Origin: Yuukianura sp. NJ FZ-2021
Taxonomy: Eukaryota
Direction of reading: 5' to 3'
DNA length: 64,000 nucleotides
NCBI GenBank assembly: GCA_046563655.1
Contig: CM102290.1
Span: forward strand, 14,012,001-14,076,000
Numbering within the stretch: position 1 is the stretch's first letter; every line of letters starts with the position of its first letter. Of the stretch, positions 11,266 to 23,787 are shown piece after piece. The notes below the pieces were generated by a model. That model ran no database searches, was not told where the DNA came from, and saw only the letters and a program-made list of their open reading frames with translations. The translations under genes were made by a program, and so were the position numbers.

Positions 11266-13251
11266 TGTAGTGTCCGACTGGGACGACTGCGCAGTAGAAA
11301 CTGATCCGCACTTTCCAGGAATTCTTGACACTTGAAGGGTGTGCAGGGATTTATTAGTTTTCGAATTTCAATTAATTGTTGAGTAATTCCATTGTTAATT
11401 TTTTCTACCCCTAAAAACTCCTATTGTTTTTTGTGCTAAAAGTGACCATGGTCACTTCTTTTTTCGCCCAGAGGATATCCATCTCCCCACCCTCTTTAAT
11501 TTCATTGTAGAAAAGGTGTCAATGCAAACGACGAAACATCTCATCAGGAATCGAAGGTCAAACCACATCATCATCATCATCGCATCATCAAGATCATCAA
11601 AAAAAACTATGCAATTCAGTTGAAACACAGTTTGACGTTGAGGAGTAACAATAAGAATTGCAATTTCCAGGAATTTCAAATTGACCAAACAAAAAAAAAA
11701 CTTAAAAAAAAATTTCAATTTGAAATCTCAAGGATTTTTTAGGTGAGGTCATGCGCAGAGGTCACCTCGACCCAAAAACTTTTTGATTGTTTTCATAATT
11801 AACTTAAATTAACACCAATTATTACAATTATAAACGGGGTCAAATCCTAAAACAATCAAAATCTAAAACGGATTTACGAAATTATCCATTTTCAAATTTA
11901 CTCCAGATTTCGAACTTTTGGAGCCTCAAAAATCGTGAATTTGAAAGTTAGAATTAAAGTCAACAGTCAACACCCATTAAAAAATTTGAGTCAATTTTTT
12001 TACTTTTAAAATTTTCACTTTTTAAATTCTTATTAGACGCTCAAGTGACAAACAATAGAAACACACTTTTTGGAACCTGAGTTTAAAACTTTTTTAAAAC
12101 CTAAACGTTTTTAAAAATCTCCTTAAAATTTATCCAGTTTTTGTAGTTTAGGTATAAATGGAGGTTTTTAGTTAAAGTTAACTTTTTCAACCTAGAAAAC
12201 ATGTTTTTTAAAGACGATTTTTACAAATTCGCTAATTTTTGTTGTTAAAACTCACAAATTATTAAATATTCAACACGAAACATGATTTTTAACACTAGTA
12301 TGGCAATTCGAAATTTCCATTTATCTTGGAAATCAAAATCTAACAAAAAAAACTTTTTTTTGCTAGCCATGTAACATAATAGGAAATAAAAATGCATTTT
12401 TTGAGGTTACACAATAATAGTAGTCATCGGCTAAACTGATCAACAACAAGCCAAAGCTCTTTAAGACTAAAAAAATGATTGTACATTTGATTGTTAAAAT
12501 TAAAAGTTTAGAACTAATTAGTACTAAAAGTTAATTAAATGCTGTCAGATTTAAACTTAAATCTTTTGACACTTTTGGTATTGACGTTGACAAGTTCCGG
12601 TTCAGTAACTAGCACAATAGACTTTTTTCTATTGTTTCCTGATTCCATTGGTTTTCAGTTCATGGCATTGACCTAATTAATTAATTAACTAATTAATTAA
12701 AGTAATTAAACACCTCAGGATTCTAGATTGACTAAAAATGAAAAAAACCCGTTCGAGTTTTCAGGAAAACAAAAAGTGACTTAGAAAAAATAGGGACAGA
12801 GGTGAGGGTAGGCAAACTACGACAAAAAGTAAAAGTTTCTAAACAACATTTTCATAACAGAGTTGTCTAAAACAACATTTTCTAAACAAAAGTGTCTAAA
12901 ACATAACATTTTCTAAACATAATCTTTAGTAGTTTAAACATTTGGCAACTGAAATGACTAAACAGTAAACTGTCGAACACCGGTTAGGATCTCAAACGAG
13001 AAATTTTCCCACCATTTTTTGAGAGAACCTTGAAAACTCCAAACAATTACAAAATAAATGCAAAGCATAACTAGCAAAAAGCTCACAAAACTAAACATGA
13101 TCACGTCGTTATTTAGAAATTCTCATCTCAAAATATTAGTGAATCATCGTAACTTCAAGTTTTTTCAAAATCTTCATACTTTTCCGTGTTTTCCGAACTG
13201 TACAATTTTCTTTTTCCGAAATGCGTTGTCGCCTGAGAGTTCATGTTAGTT

Positions 13252-16200
13252 TCACTTGTCTTCTTTGAGCTGCTGCTGACTTCCCGACTGTTTCCTTACA
13301 CTTCCGTCGCTGTCGTCCATGTACACTTTGACGAGATGTACTGGATTGTACTGTCCAGCGGACATCATTTGATTCACTTGTTGTTGCTGAATCTTCCAGC
13401 GCTTTCTCATTCGGGCTTCCTTCGGACTGTAGTAGTAGTCGGGGTACTTTTTCTTATGATCGTCATTCGCTTGACGAGAAGCAGCAAAGTATTCTTCCTG
13501 AAAACAAAAAACCAAAAATTTCAAAAATCTCATTCTAAAATTCCATATTTTCAAAATTTCGAATCCATTCTCAGCTCACCTTCTGTTGACTGGCCAAGTT
13601 CTTCCACATGATGCCTAAGCGAACACTGATCTCCTTGTTACTTTCGTTAGAGAACTGCACGGCCAACTTCCGTCTCCACTCGTTTGCAAAGATCATGAAG
13701 GCGTTTGGTGGTCTCGGGATCTTCTCTTTCGGTTCCACAGTTGCACCTCCTGCTGCTGCATATCCAGACATCTTCATCAGTGAGTACTTACTCACAATTT
13801 CTACATTTTGCCCAACCCCATCAACACAAATTACAATCAACAATTACCTAAATTCATCAACAAAAAAACACCCACTCAAATCCAAAAGTTAGTTCAACAC
13901 ACAAACAGCTCAACAAAATCAAAACAGTTTCAAAATTTTCTCCACAATTTCTCTATACCATCTAAAAAAAACTTTTTAAAAAAAAGTTAGTTCCACGCTC
14001 TCTATTAATCTCTACTTGAAAAATTCGAGAAATTGAATAAACCTGTTGTCGCATTTGCAGAAATTTTGAAAAGCAAAAACTATTCACCCAAAAACGAAAA
14101 AACTAAAACAAAAAAGCCCAAACCACCAAGAAAAAAGAGACAGAAGACTTTGTGACAAGGTTGTTTAGGTTAGGTTAGTTAGGAAAAACAGTTTTTAGAC
14201 ACACGTTAGGGGAAGGGGGGAAGAACCAAACCTTGGAAGAGAATGAAAGAGCTACTGACCTTTGACATCCTGATGCCCGTCGCTAGTTTCCTATAACAAA
14301 GTGACAGAAGCAAAAGAAGAAAGAAGAAATTAGTGCCCGAGTGTGGTTTCAAGAGTCAAAAAATCCTTGACACAGCAAAACTACAAATCCCACTAACCAC
14401 TTTTTGAAAAAAAAACTAGCCACTACAATGAAAATTTTCAAAATCTAAAGAAACTACAAGAGTAAGAAAAAAAAGCAAAAGTGTGTGGAAGCGTTTTGAA
14501 TTTAGAAGCATTTTAAGACTTAAAAAAAACTAAACAAGGTCAGAGGTCAAGTTCGTTGGATCACCATTGGCCGTATGACGTTGCGTAAACGTTTTAAAAC
14601 ATGCGAAAACGTTAATGTATGTTTGTGAAGTGACGTTTGTGTGACACTGTGCTCCGCATTACGACCCTGGTGATCCAAGACGAGAAGATGGACTACAACG
14701 ATTAACTTTCGGTTGCAATTAATCGATTAATTGACTAATTAACTAAAACTTACAAAAGTGGAATCCTTCCCAACTCCATCCGAGTCATCTTCATCAATAT
14801 CCCGAATGTAAGGTGGATCAATTTTGATGGTCAACGGTAACTCGTCACTGTTCTCGTCATCAACTGACGTCGACACAGTTTCCACCGCTGGACTCCGTTT
14901 CCTCTTCGGCTTCGTTTCTCTGCACCGATTTTGATTTACCTTCATTTTTACAACAAAAAAAATGTTCAAAATTTGTAATTCCCAAAATTCAAAATTTGTA
15001 TTTCCCAAAACTTACATCTTTGTTCACAGAAGCTAGTTTTGCACGTTTTCGTCGAAGGTAGCTTGGAGTCTCTTCAATATCTGATGAGTTTCCACCCAAC
15101 TATAGTTCAAATTAGAGTTAAACTCAATTAGTCGATTACCCTGAGCTAACTAATGGATTTTAATTTACTTACTTGACTGTTGGCAGAAGTTAACGAAGAT
15201 GGCGTTCTTCTGGGAGAAGTGTTTAGTGGTAACACTGAGTTTGGTGAGGACACGTGATGTGGACTATTGGTCAAACTGCTATGGTTACTGTTCGTGTGAC
15301 TCCTCTCTGCGCATGCTCCGTCTCCCATTTTGCTATTAGACAGATCTGAGTTGGTGGATCCAAGTCCTTTGGTATCTGTACAGTTATCCAGGGACTTTTC
15401 TGGAGAGGAGGCAGTGGAGCACGAAGAATGAGAATTTTGGAGTTGTTGACCCGATGCAGGTCGTGTGGCACGAACATTAGACAGGCCCTTGACCTGCAGC
15501 CCTTCCGCCGTCGCCAGTAAACTCTCCAAATCACTTTCCGTGATCTGCAAATCAAAAGTACAAAAATAATTAGCATTAACTATAACATTCATTTTACTTA
15601 ACTTTAAGTAACACTGTAGACATAGTTGTACATTGTGTTCCAAAAGTAATTAACTTGTTGGAACACACTTCTTTTTTTCTTACATACTATGTAAGTCCTA
15701 ATCATTCCACAAAATATTCCAAAGTTAAGTCGGAACAGATCAGTGATTAATCTGGAGGAGATTAAGAGTTGCAGCAACAAAAATATTGAATGCTGCTAAT
15801 ACTTTTCGTCTGACGACGTAGACCTCAACAACGCAGACTTTCAAAAAGTCCAAACACTAAAGCCATCAACATCAACCTGTTCCTCCGTCCTGTCTCATGC
15901 GCAGTAGATTCTCAACTTGAGTATCGTCAACGTTTACATCTTGAGTTTAAGTTCTAATAGTGGGAGGACAGACAGACAGACAGACAAGGTCGAGGTATCA
16001 AGTAGCTTTCATTTAATAAGTTGAAGTGGACAGTACCTTCACTTCTCCTTTGTACATAAATTCCACTATTGCTCGAATATCTTCATATTTTACTCCGTTC
16101 ATGATGATCACAGGATGGGCAGCTTCGTGCTGGTCAAAAATATCCTACAACAGACAAACAAATATTTTGAAATATTGAAAAAAAGTCATTTGCAATTTTT

Positions 16201-16520
16201 TGGTAAACGGCATTTCGTACTTGAAACTGAGGACTGCAAGCCCCAAGCACAATTTTATGTGCTTTGATAATTTTCCCTTGACAAGAAATCGTCACATCCA
16301 CAAGCGTCTCCTTTTCATAATTATCTGCAAGTATCTACACAAAATGACAAGAAAAAGTTAAAAACCATAACATTTACAATAATCATAATTCTATAATTTA
16401 TATAATTTCGTAATTAATTTCGTAATAATTTTCGTAACTAATTCGTTTCGTTACCTGAAGCATGTTCATGGTATGATTGTTCCAGCGCAGATTGAACTGT
16501 TGCGCCGCCGCAGCCGCCAT
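13252..16520 (-). CDS. ttk-type BTB/POZ protein, predicted to be spliced to a C-terminal SOX/MATA-type HMG box
   Basis: BTB exons 16520-16455 (MAAAAAQQFNLRWNNH), 16334-16221 (LVDVTISC..KAHKIVLGACSP), 16144-16037 (HPVII..FMYKGEV) and 15544-15173 (LLATAEGLQVKGL). Linker exons 15099-15016 and 14939-14754, then a micro-exon 14290-14260. HMG exons 13800-13580 (KIPRPPNAFMIFANEWRRKL..NKEISVRLGIMWK) and 13497-13252 (HKKKYPDYYYSPK). All junction phases are compatible. Each domain is confident; the join is inferred. Confidence 0.75.
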
Positions 16521-19107
16521 TTTTGGCTCGTCTATTTGTATACTTCTGTAAAATTCTAGTTCCCCCCTCTTTACTTTCAGTTTTGATTCAAATTGGCACC
16601 GGAAAATCCTTGTTTTGTCTTCTTTTTACATTTTTGTCAAGAATTGCACAAGTGATGACGTTTCGAACAACACGCCTGTCCAATCAATAACCTGCAAAAG
16701 AAACAATAAGAGAACTTTTGCATTACGTCAGCACACAAACTCATGATAAAGTTTAGCATTATTGTTTGAGCCAAGTACCCAAAAATACCCAACAAACAGT
16801 GACACCTAAAAGTTATTCGTTTGTACATGTAGTGCACCAAGTAGAATGTAAAAACCACAAATTAAATTCATTTGTAGAGATTATGATCCAGATCATATCC
16901 TGTGCTAAAAACCCATCCACTCCAACCAATTCTACTCAAAGCAAGAATCATGTATGTGAATTAATCACAGTATTACAACAACTAAAACAGCGCAAAGCGC
17001 TATAACTTATACATGTACACAAAAAAAAATCTTTGTGCATAAACTTTATAGACTTTTCCAAGAATCGGCCCATGGTCTTCCTATTTATCTTATGACTTTA
17101 GTCGGTGGCCGAAATCAAGGTCAAATACTAACTTTAACTGTGAAATAAGTTAAGTTTTTGAGGTGAATTGTTAAAGTGGAAGGACATAACCATATAAGAT
17201 GCCACGACACTTGAATAAATGAAATATATATTAAAATATAATAAAATATAATAATTATATATAAAAATGTAATCAAATGAAGCAGCAGAATTTTTTAAGA
17301 ATCTGAACATGAATAAAGCTGCGAATTCAGCAGCAAAAGATTGTCTTTGTTGAGCTAAACTTAAGAAATTTTTAGCCCCGAAAATTCATGAATAAGCTCA
17401 GCCTTAACTTTAAGCGAATCGAAAACCCTCAAATTTTGGTCGGGTATTCCCCGCATATCAACCGAACTGAAGTCGTATCCGCTTAGCTTAAGCTTCACTG
17501 TACATCGATATGCTTGTGAATCTTAAGAAGAGATTCATTATTTCCAATAATAGCATCAAATCATTTTCAGCGCTAAAAAACAAATGAGAGCGAAGCTACA
17601 AAAGTCCAAGTTCTAAGCAGCGCTTGCGCTTTCTAAAAAAAAAACATCAAAAATTGGCCCGGGACTAAAAATAGACATGGAGTTGTGTTTTGAGAGAGAC
17701 TATAACAATAGGGCCTAACGTGAATTTCCAACATCTTATTCATCTTTGCATCTTCATCTTCCAAAGATGAACGCAGAACGTCAACAGAAAGAAATGTCTC
17801 AGTTACTTACTTAGAACGAAAGCCAACAAATGCCAAGAATGAGACACATTCACAAAAAAAGTATGAGATGTGGGTGCATGGGTCTAATTTCCGGTTATTT
17901 GTTGGCTCATTTTTACGTCTTCTGAATATCGGTTTTGATGCGCACTGCGCAGGATCTTTCCGTTCCTTTCTCAAATCCAACAAGAAAAGATGATCCGCTG
18001 GAAGTGAATTTGAAAATGCTGGACCACGGTGGTCCAGAAGTCATAAACGTTGGCAGAACACAATGACATGCACAGGGATCGTAAAGTAGTCGGGTCATCG
18101 CAAAACTAACGTGTTAGAGAGAACATCAATTCAATAGTAGTCAATTCATTGATGTCTTACCTAGTCCTTGATCTATTACTGGAGTGTAGTTGTATGAATA
18201 CATCAATTCAAATTCGCGAGTGCCGAGTTCTCCTCTTCAGCAAACGTTTTTCGGTAATCAGCTCCTGCTTTTCGATAATCGGTGTTTGCCCAAAACGTTT
18301 TTGATTCACGAAGATGTTGAATTTGTCCGGTTGTCCAGTAGAGTTCGTACGTGACTGGATCTAGTTTCCAGCGGCTGACTTCGGTTCGTCGTCACTGGAA
18401 CACAAAAGAAACGGAATGAGCTCAACAATACATGCAAATGGATATGTACGTAGTTACAACTTTGAAAGTCACCGTAATTGAACAAATTAAAGGAAGAGAA
18501 TAACAATGATGATCTTACCACTGAGAGAGGACGAGCATAGCATGTGATTTATGTGGAGATGAGTAGGGTGCTGCTGGAGAGGAAGATTTCCTGGAGGATG
18601 ATGATGAGGGGAGATTAAATTAGTGTTATTAGGTGGATATGTTGGAGATGTCCAAGTACTTGGTGTCTGAGTGTTAACAATTGGAAGATGAGTGGTGACC
18701 GTGTCCGTTGGTAACAGGAGGTGGACTGGTTACATTCCGTTGATAAGTGACTACAATGGGATGTGGACTGATCCTATTTTGGGCAGGGCTTATAATATCC
18801 TTACCGTCGTGTACGCTGGCAGAGTATTGTTCTTTGTTAATCCTCCACAACAGAACAGCCAGAAGTGGTGAAGTGTTGAGATATAGGCTACGATGGAACC
18901 CAATAATACTCACTATAACCTTCCATGATCACCAGCTCCACACAGGAATTCGGTTACCGTAAACCCTCCAATACGAGGCCTGTTACGTTTAGGCGCCACG
19001 TCTTGATATCACTAAAACTGGAGATTGGAGAATATAACGACCTACACCTGACCATTTGTTATTTAGTGCTAACATTCTAGTTCTAAGTCTAAGTTCTAGT
19101 TCTAACA

Positions 19108-19335
19108 TTCTAGCTTTTTACTTTTGGATAAAAGTGTATTTTCATAATTTATGAAGGATTTCAATAATTCTAAAATATTGTTTTTTCAAACACCATCACA
19201 TCTTCTAACTTTCTAGCTTTTTACTTTTTTGAGAAAAGTGTATTTTCAAAACTTATGAAGGATTTTAAAAATTCTAAAATATTGTTTCTTCAAACTCCAT
19301 CACACCTTCCAACTTTCTAGCTTTTTACTTTTGGC
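19108..19335. repeat. Tandem duplication, about 103-bp unit, 2.2 copies
   Basis: ttctagctttttactttt...aaaagtgtattttc...ttatgaaggattt...ttctaaaatattgttt...ccatcaca restarts at about 19108, 19212 and 19315. Confidence 0.85.
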
Positions 19336-21108
19336 GTAAAAGTGCGTAATTCGCAACTAGGCGTCATACGCTGATGAATAGGGTAATTCCCAGTTACGAT
19401 CCCTATTTTTAGGCTAAAACGTTAACTTAATCTAATTGTTAAGCTAATTAAGTTAGGCTAGAATGGTTTAATATGTTAAGTAATTGGTTATATGGTATTT
19501 TTGAATTCAGATAGCTGAAGTCGACATTTCGGCAAGTGCGTCCTGAAACATTGTTGAGATTATTTACGGTACAGCGTCTAATCCGAATACGGTCGCTCTA
19601 GAATCCCAGAGTCTCCTCCCAGAAATCTGCTTGCTAAGTGGCCTACTAATTCTATGATTAATGACATTTAATTAACTTGTATATTTTCGAATTCACCCTA
19701 TCGGTACAAGAGAATGTCGCAAACACGCATGCCGTTTTTAGAACAAAACTCTCACCGCAAACAATCGAACTAAAAAAAATGCAACAATTTGCAATCTCCA
19801 TCGCTTTCTAAATTCTAAATCGAATCTCTAGCCAACGGCGTCTCATGAATTGTGAAAAATCGGTTGAATTAAAATGAAACTTACGAAGTAATTGCCAGTA
19901 AGGTCAAAGGTCAAATCTCAAATTTGATTAATTCATTGATCAACCGGGTTCTGAAGATGTATTCTTAAGTTCTTATTTCATATGTATACTTAAGAGATCA
20001 AGCAGACGCAGAAAACAATACATTTTTTCATGGGCGTCAACATAAATCACCGTAAAAACTCATCCACAAAATCCACCCACGGTATGACACTAAATAAAGG
20101 GCGGAAATAGCAGAAGATAGCAAATGAATGTATGATATCAGGTAATTCAGTCGTCTTAATTGTAAATGTAACTTAATTATTTTAAGTTTAAATTAATATA
20201 ATACAAATGCATTAATCGCTTAGTTAATTTATTTGTTCCTTTCTAAAACCAAGTGAACCGAGACGGAGAGGGTGGATTTCCTCCCCCGCTGGTGACGTGT
20301 TTACGTAATACGAGGATTTTAGCTCAACCTTGAGAAAATGTAAACATTCAATTGTTTGTTCTAAAAAAGTAAACAATTTAGTCGATTAATTTAGAACGAC
20401 GAAAACCAAACATCCGAAGGGTGTACTGCCCGTTGAGTGAGCCTGGTTGTCAACGTTCAGGTTAATTAAAGGTAAATTAATTGGTTAATTAAAACAAATT
20501 GAAATTGGACATGGGGTGTTTTGGGGGTGGGTGGATATGGAACAGCGAGTTGGTAATTGAAAAATCAATAATCTAACGAAACTTTAGGAATGCAGATGGT
20601 AACAGGGTCTCATCGGTTGTCAATTACCGTTGGAATTGACGGAGAACACTTTTAGCACAAAGGTCAACTGGACAGGGGTGGGGGTAAAAGATTCCAGAAG
20701 GGATTGAGGGTGGAAATACAGAGTCAATTCTCAATTAGTGTTTAATTGATTTGTAATTTGATTTTATTGGGTTTTACGATTAATGTATCAACATTTATTC
20801 AATACTGTGCAGTACGACTAATCTAATTACTTGACATGTCTTTACTCTTTACAGAACACATCGTGTGCGGTGTAGTGATCAAGCTGCAGACGAAACGATC
20901 TGATCCTGAGAGTCCAGATACCCTATGTCGTGACTTCTGAACCGATACCGATACAGTACCGTAAATCGTTGTTGACACGTATTGTCCACTCAAGGTCAAC
21001 TGTCCAGGTTACCTCAAAGCTCGACTGAACCGATCCTACGAACGACCTATACCGAACCGTCCTAAACGTTCCTGAAATTACAAGGTTCGCTGTAAAGATA
21101 GACTGTCT

Positions 21109-22309
21109 ATGATGCAATCAGGTAATTAACTTAGAAAAGAAACACAAAACCAATTAATTTACTTAAGTACTTAAGATTCTTAATCTAACGTTTTGGAAAC
21201 GTTTTTGACTTGTTTCCAGACGGAGGTCGACTATCTTCGTCCAAGAAATACGGAAAAGGAGAAGGATGGTGTTCCAAGAATCTCTTGCGTAACTACTTGT
21301 ACATTTTCAACTTTTTCTTTGTCGTGAGTTTAGCATTTGATGAAATTGGTAAATTGAGTTGCACGATCCAATTAATTGATTAATTGGTTACACAGGTTGG
21401 TGGGTTGGTGGTTCTGGGCGTTGGAATTTGGAGTATCATCACTGAACATGAATTTATTTCTGTGCTGTCTGGAGTGAGCTACCCCATCACCAGTTATCTT
21501 CTAATTGCTGCTGGGATTCTCGTTGTCCTTGGAACCCTAGTGGGTTAGTAACCTTGAACAGCACATAATTAATCAATGTCAATGTCAATTAAATGACTTT
21601 GTTTAGGCTGCATTGGAATTTGTCGCAACGACCGATGTTTCCTACTGCTCTACATTCTGCTTCTGTTCCTCGTGCTCTTATTGGAGGCCTATGCTGGGAT
21701 TCTTGCTTACGTTTACCGAGAACAAGCCTACCGCAATTTACAAGTACAACTGGACGATACTTTCAGTGTTCACTACGGGGTTGATGAGTCCATGACATCC
21801 GCAGTTGATAACCTTCATCAAGAGGTCAGAGTTTACAAACTATCGTTGTCAGCATACATTATCTATTTTATGCAACTTATGTAATTTATGTAAGTATGTA
21901 CTAGCTAATTGTTGCTTACTTGTTACAGTTTCGCTGTTGTGGAGCCGTGTCACACAAGGACTGGCACAACAGCACTTGGAAATCGACTGGACTCGCTGGA
22001 GAGAATTTGGTGCCTGACTCTTGTTGCATCACGGTCACTCCAGCATGCGGAATCCGCGAACATCCAAGCAGAATCTTTCCAGTGGTAAGTCTTGTCACTT
22101 GACATTTTGACCTTCAAAGGTCAAAGGTCAGCCTAATTGCCTCTGTGATTGAGTAGGGATGTATCCACAAACTGAAGATTTTGGTGAGAGACCAACTGGG
22201 ATACTTGGCAATTGCTGGATTGGGCCTCTGCATTCTCCAAGTTTTTGGGATCATCTTTTCGACGTGCCTTTTCATCAAACTGAAGTCGCCGGAGATAACA
22301 GATCTTTAG
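21109..22309 (+). CDS. Tetraspanin (CD151-like)
   Basis: Exons 21109-21121, 21220-21323, 21396-21543, 21607-21824, 21929-22084 and 22157-22309 join in phase. Four hydrophobic helices (YLYIFNFFF.., LVVLGTLVGCIG.., LLLEAYAGILAYVY, LCILQVFGIIFSTCL) and the large-loop motifs FRCCG, VPDSCC and GC. Confidence 0.9.
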
Positions 22310-22467
22310 ATTACTGTTTAGTTAATTAGTTTTTAGTTAATTGTGTTTAGTGAGCAAGTGACAATGCCTAACCCTTGATTCCTATTACGTTAATTAGTAA
22401 CCATCCATTCCAGTACTTAATTTGTGACAACAGAAACTGTGGCAGCTAAGTAATGTTAGAGGGCTTC

Positions 22468-22609
22468 CAGGTCATTGGCGCGAAACCAATAAGCGCGAAA
22501 TCAGCAACTTGGCAACAGTGAGCTGTGTTATCAATGAAACCTAACCAATTTGGTTCCATTGTTGCCAACTGGACGAATTCGCGCTTTTGGTTTTAGCGCT
22601 AATCACCTG
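22468..22609. mobile_element. MITE-like element with long imperfect terminal inverted repeats
   Basis: The left end caggtcattggcgcgaaaccaataagcgcgaa..ttggcaaca is the reverse complement (with mismatches) of the right end tgttgccaa..ttcgcgcttttggttttagcgctaatcacctg. Confidence 0.65.
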
Positions 22610-22806
22610 CTACTGTTAACTGAAACTAATAGTGACATACGTGCAGCTAGTAGATTACGAAATAACGAAATGTTCGCGTTGAAAATTAACAAGAATAACA
22701 CCAAAGTTTTATCGACATCGAAACTTCACAGAGATAAAATATCAAGCGATAATACCCAGAACCGTTATTTTTTAAAAACTAAATTCATGATATGTTTGGC
22801 CAATCT

Positions 22807-23787
22807 TCAAAGTTTCGCTTTGGTTTGGGTTCCACTAGCACTCATTTTTTCTCGCATAGTCTTGGCTACTTGATGAACGTCATCGTAGTGAGGCTGTAGC
22901 CGAGAACGAACTAGGTTCATGTAGGCTTCCGTACGTGGACGACCCTTCGTCACATCGTATCCAGCGATTACTAGTTTTCAAAAAGAACGTTTCAAAATTC
23001 AAAACTGATTTTTCAAAAAATTCGGACTTTGATGAGCGTACTTGGTTGTTCGAGTTCAGTGACTGCCATGAGGTCAGCGATACTGAGGTCATCCGTGGCA
23101 ATGAACGGACGGTCTTTGAGCCAAATCGTTTCAATTTGTTGGAGAGCCGTTTCCAGTCCTTTGGCAAAAGATGCAACCTTGGCTTCATCTAGCGGAACCT
23201 GACCGGCGTAGGCCATAATCTTATGTCGGAAGTATTGGCCGCCGTAAATTCGTATGTTGAGGTGTTGCCAGGCTAGGTAAGACTCGATAGTTGCCAGTTT
23301 TCGGTAATCATTCTTGGGATACCAATGATCCTTCACTGGAAACACTCGGCATAGGTACGTCAGCATTGCGGCACTGTAACATGAAATATCGTTAGGTTAT
23401 CATTGCACGATCCTGTTCTGACACATCAGATGGTGGTGACAATGTCACCATCAAAGTGAATTGACGATTACTTTACGTTTTTACCTTTCGGTTATTTTGA
23501 ATCCATCATGGTCCAGAACAGGCACCTTTTGAAACGGATTGATCTGAGCAAATGCCGGCGTTAGATGTTGACCTAAAATTCGCACAACAATATAAATTGG
23601 ACACAAACCTAGCCACTTCTGTGTGCTAAACAATTAACAATCAATTGCTAATTAAATTAGTCGCATAAATGTTACCTTTTCTTAGCGGAATTAAGACTTC
23701 TTCACAGGCGATTCCGTTGAACCGAAGAAACATCGTAACAGCTCGGCATGGCTGTGACATCATGTCCAGATACAATCGGAGAACCAT
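22807..23787 (-). CDS. GstT: Glutathione S-transferase, theta class
   Basis: Exons 23787-23676, 23572-23485, 23373-23042 and 22970-22807. Motifs MMSQPCRAV (catalytic Ser region), INPFQKVPVL, ITESAAMLTYL, DHWYP, YLAWQH and LSIADL. C-terminus TKAKL*. Confidence 0.92.

Noticed and set aside
14165..14185. TTAGG repeats (also near 40650-40730 and 58744) as telomeric sequence
   Set aside because: Only 2-3 imperfect units at interstitial positions.
17700..19000. Moderately GC-rich blocks with splice-like signals upstream of the BTB gene
   Set aside because: No coherent ORF or RNA-gene motif. Possibly 5'UTR exons, but they cannot be delimited without transcripts.
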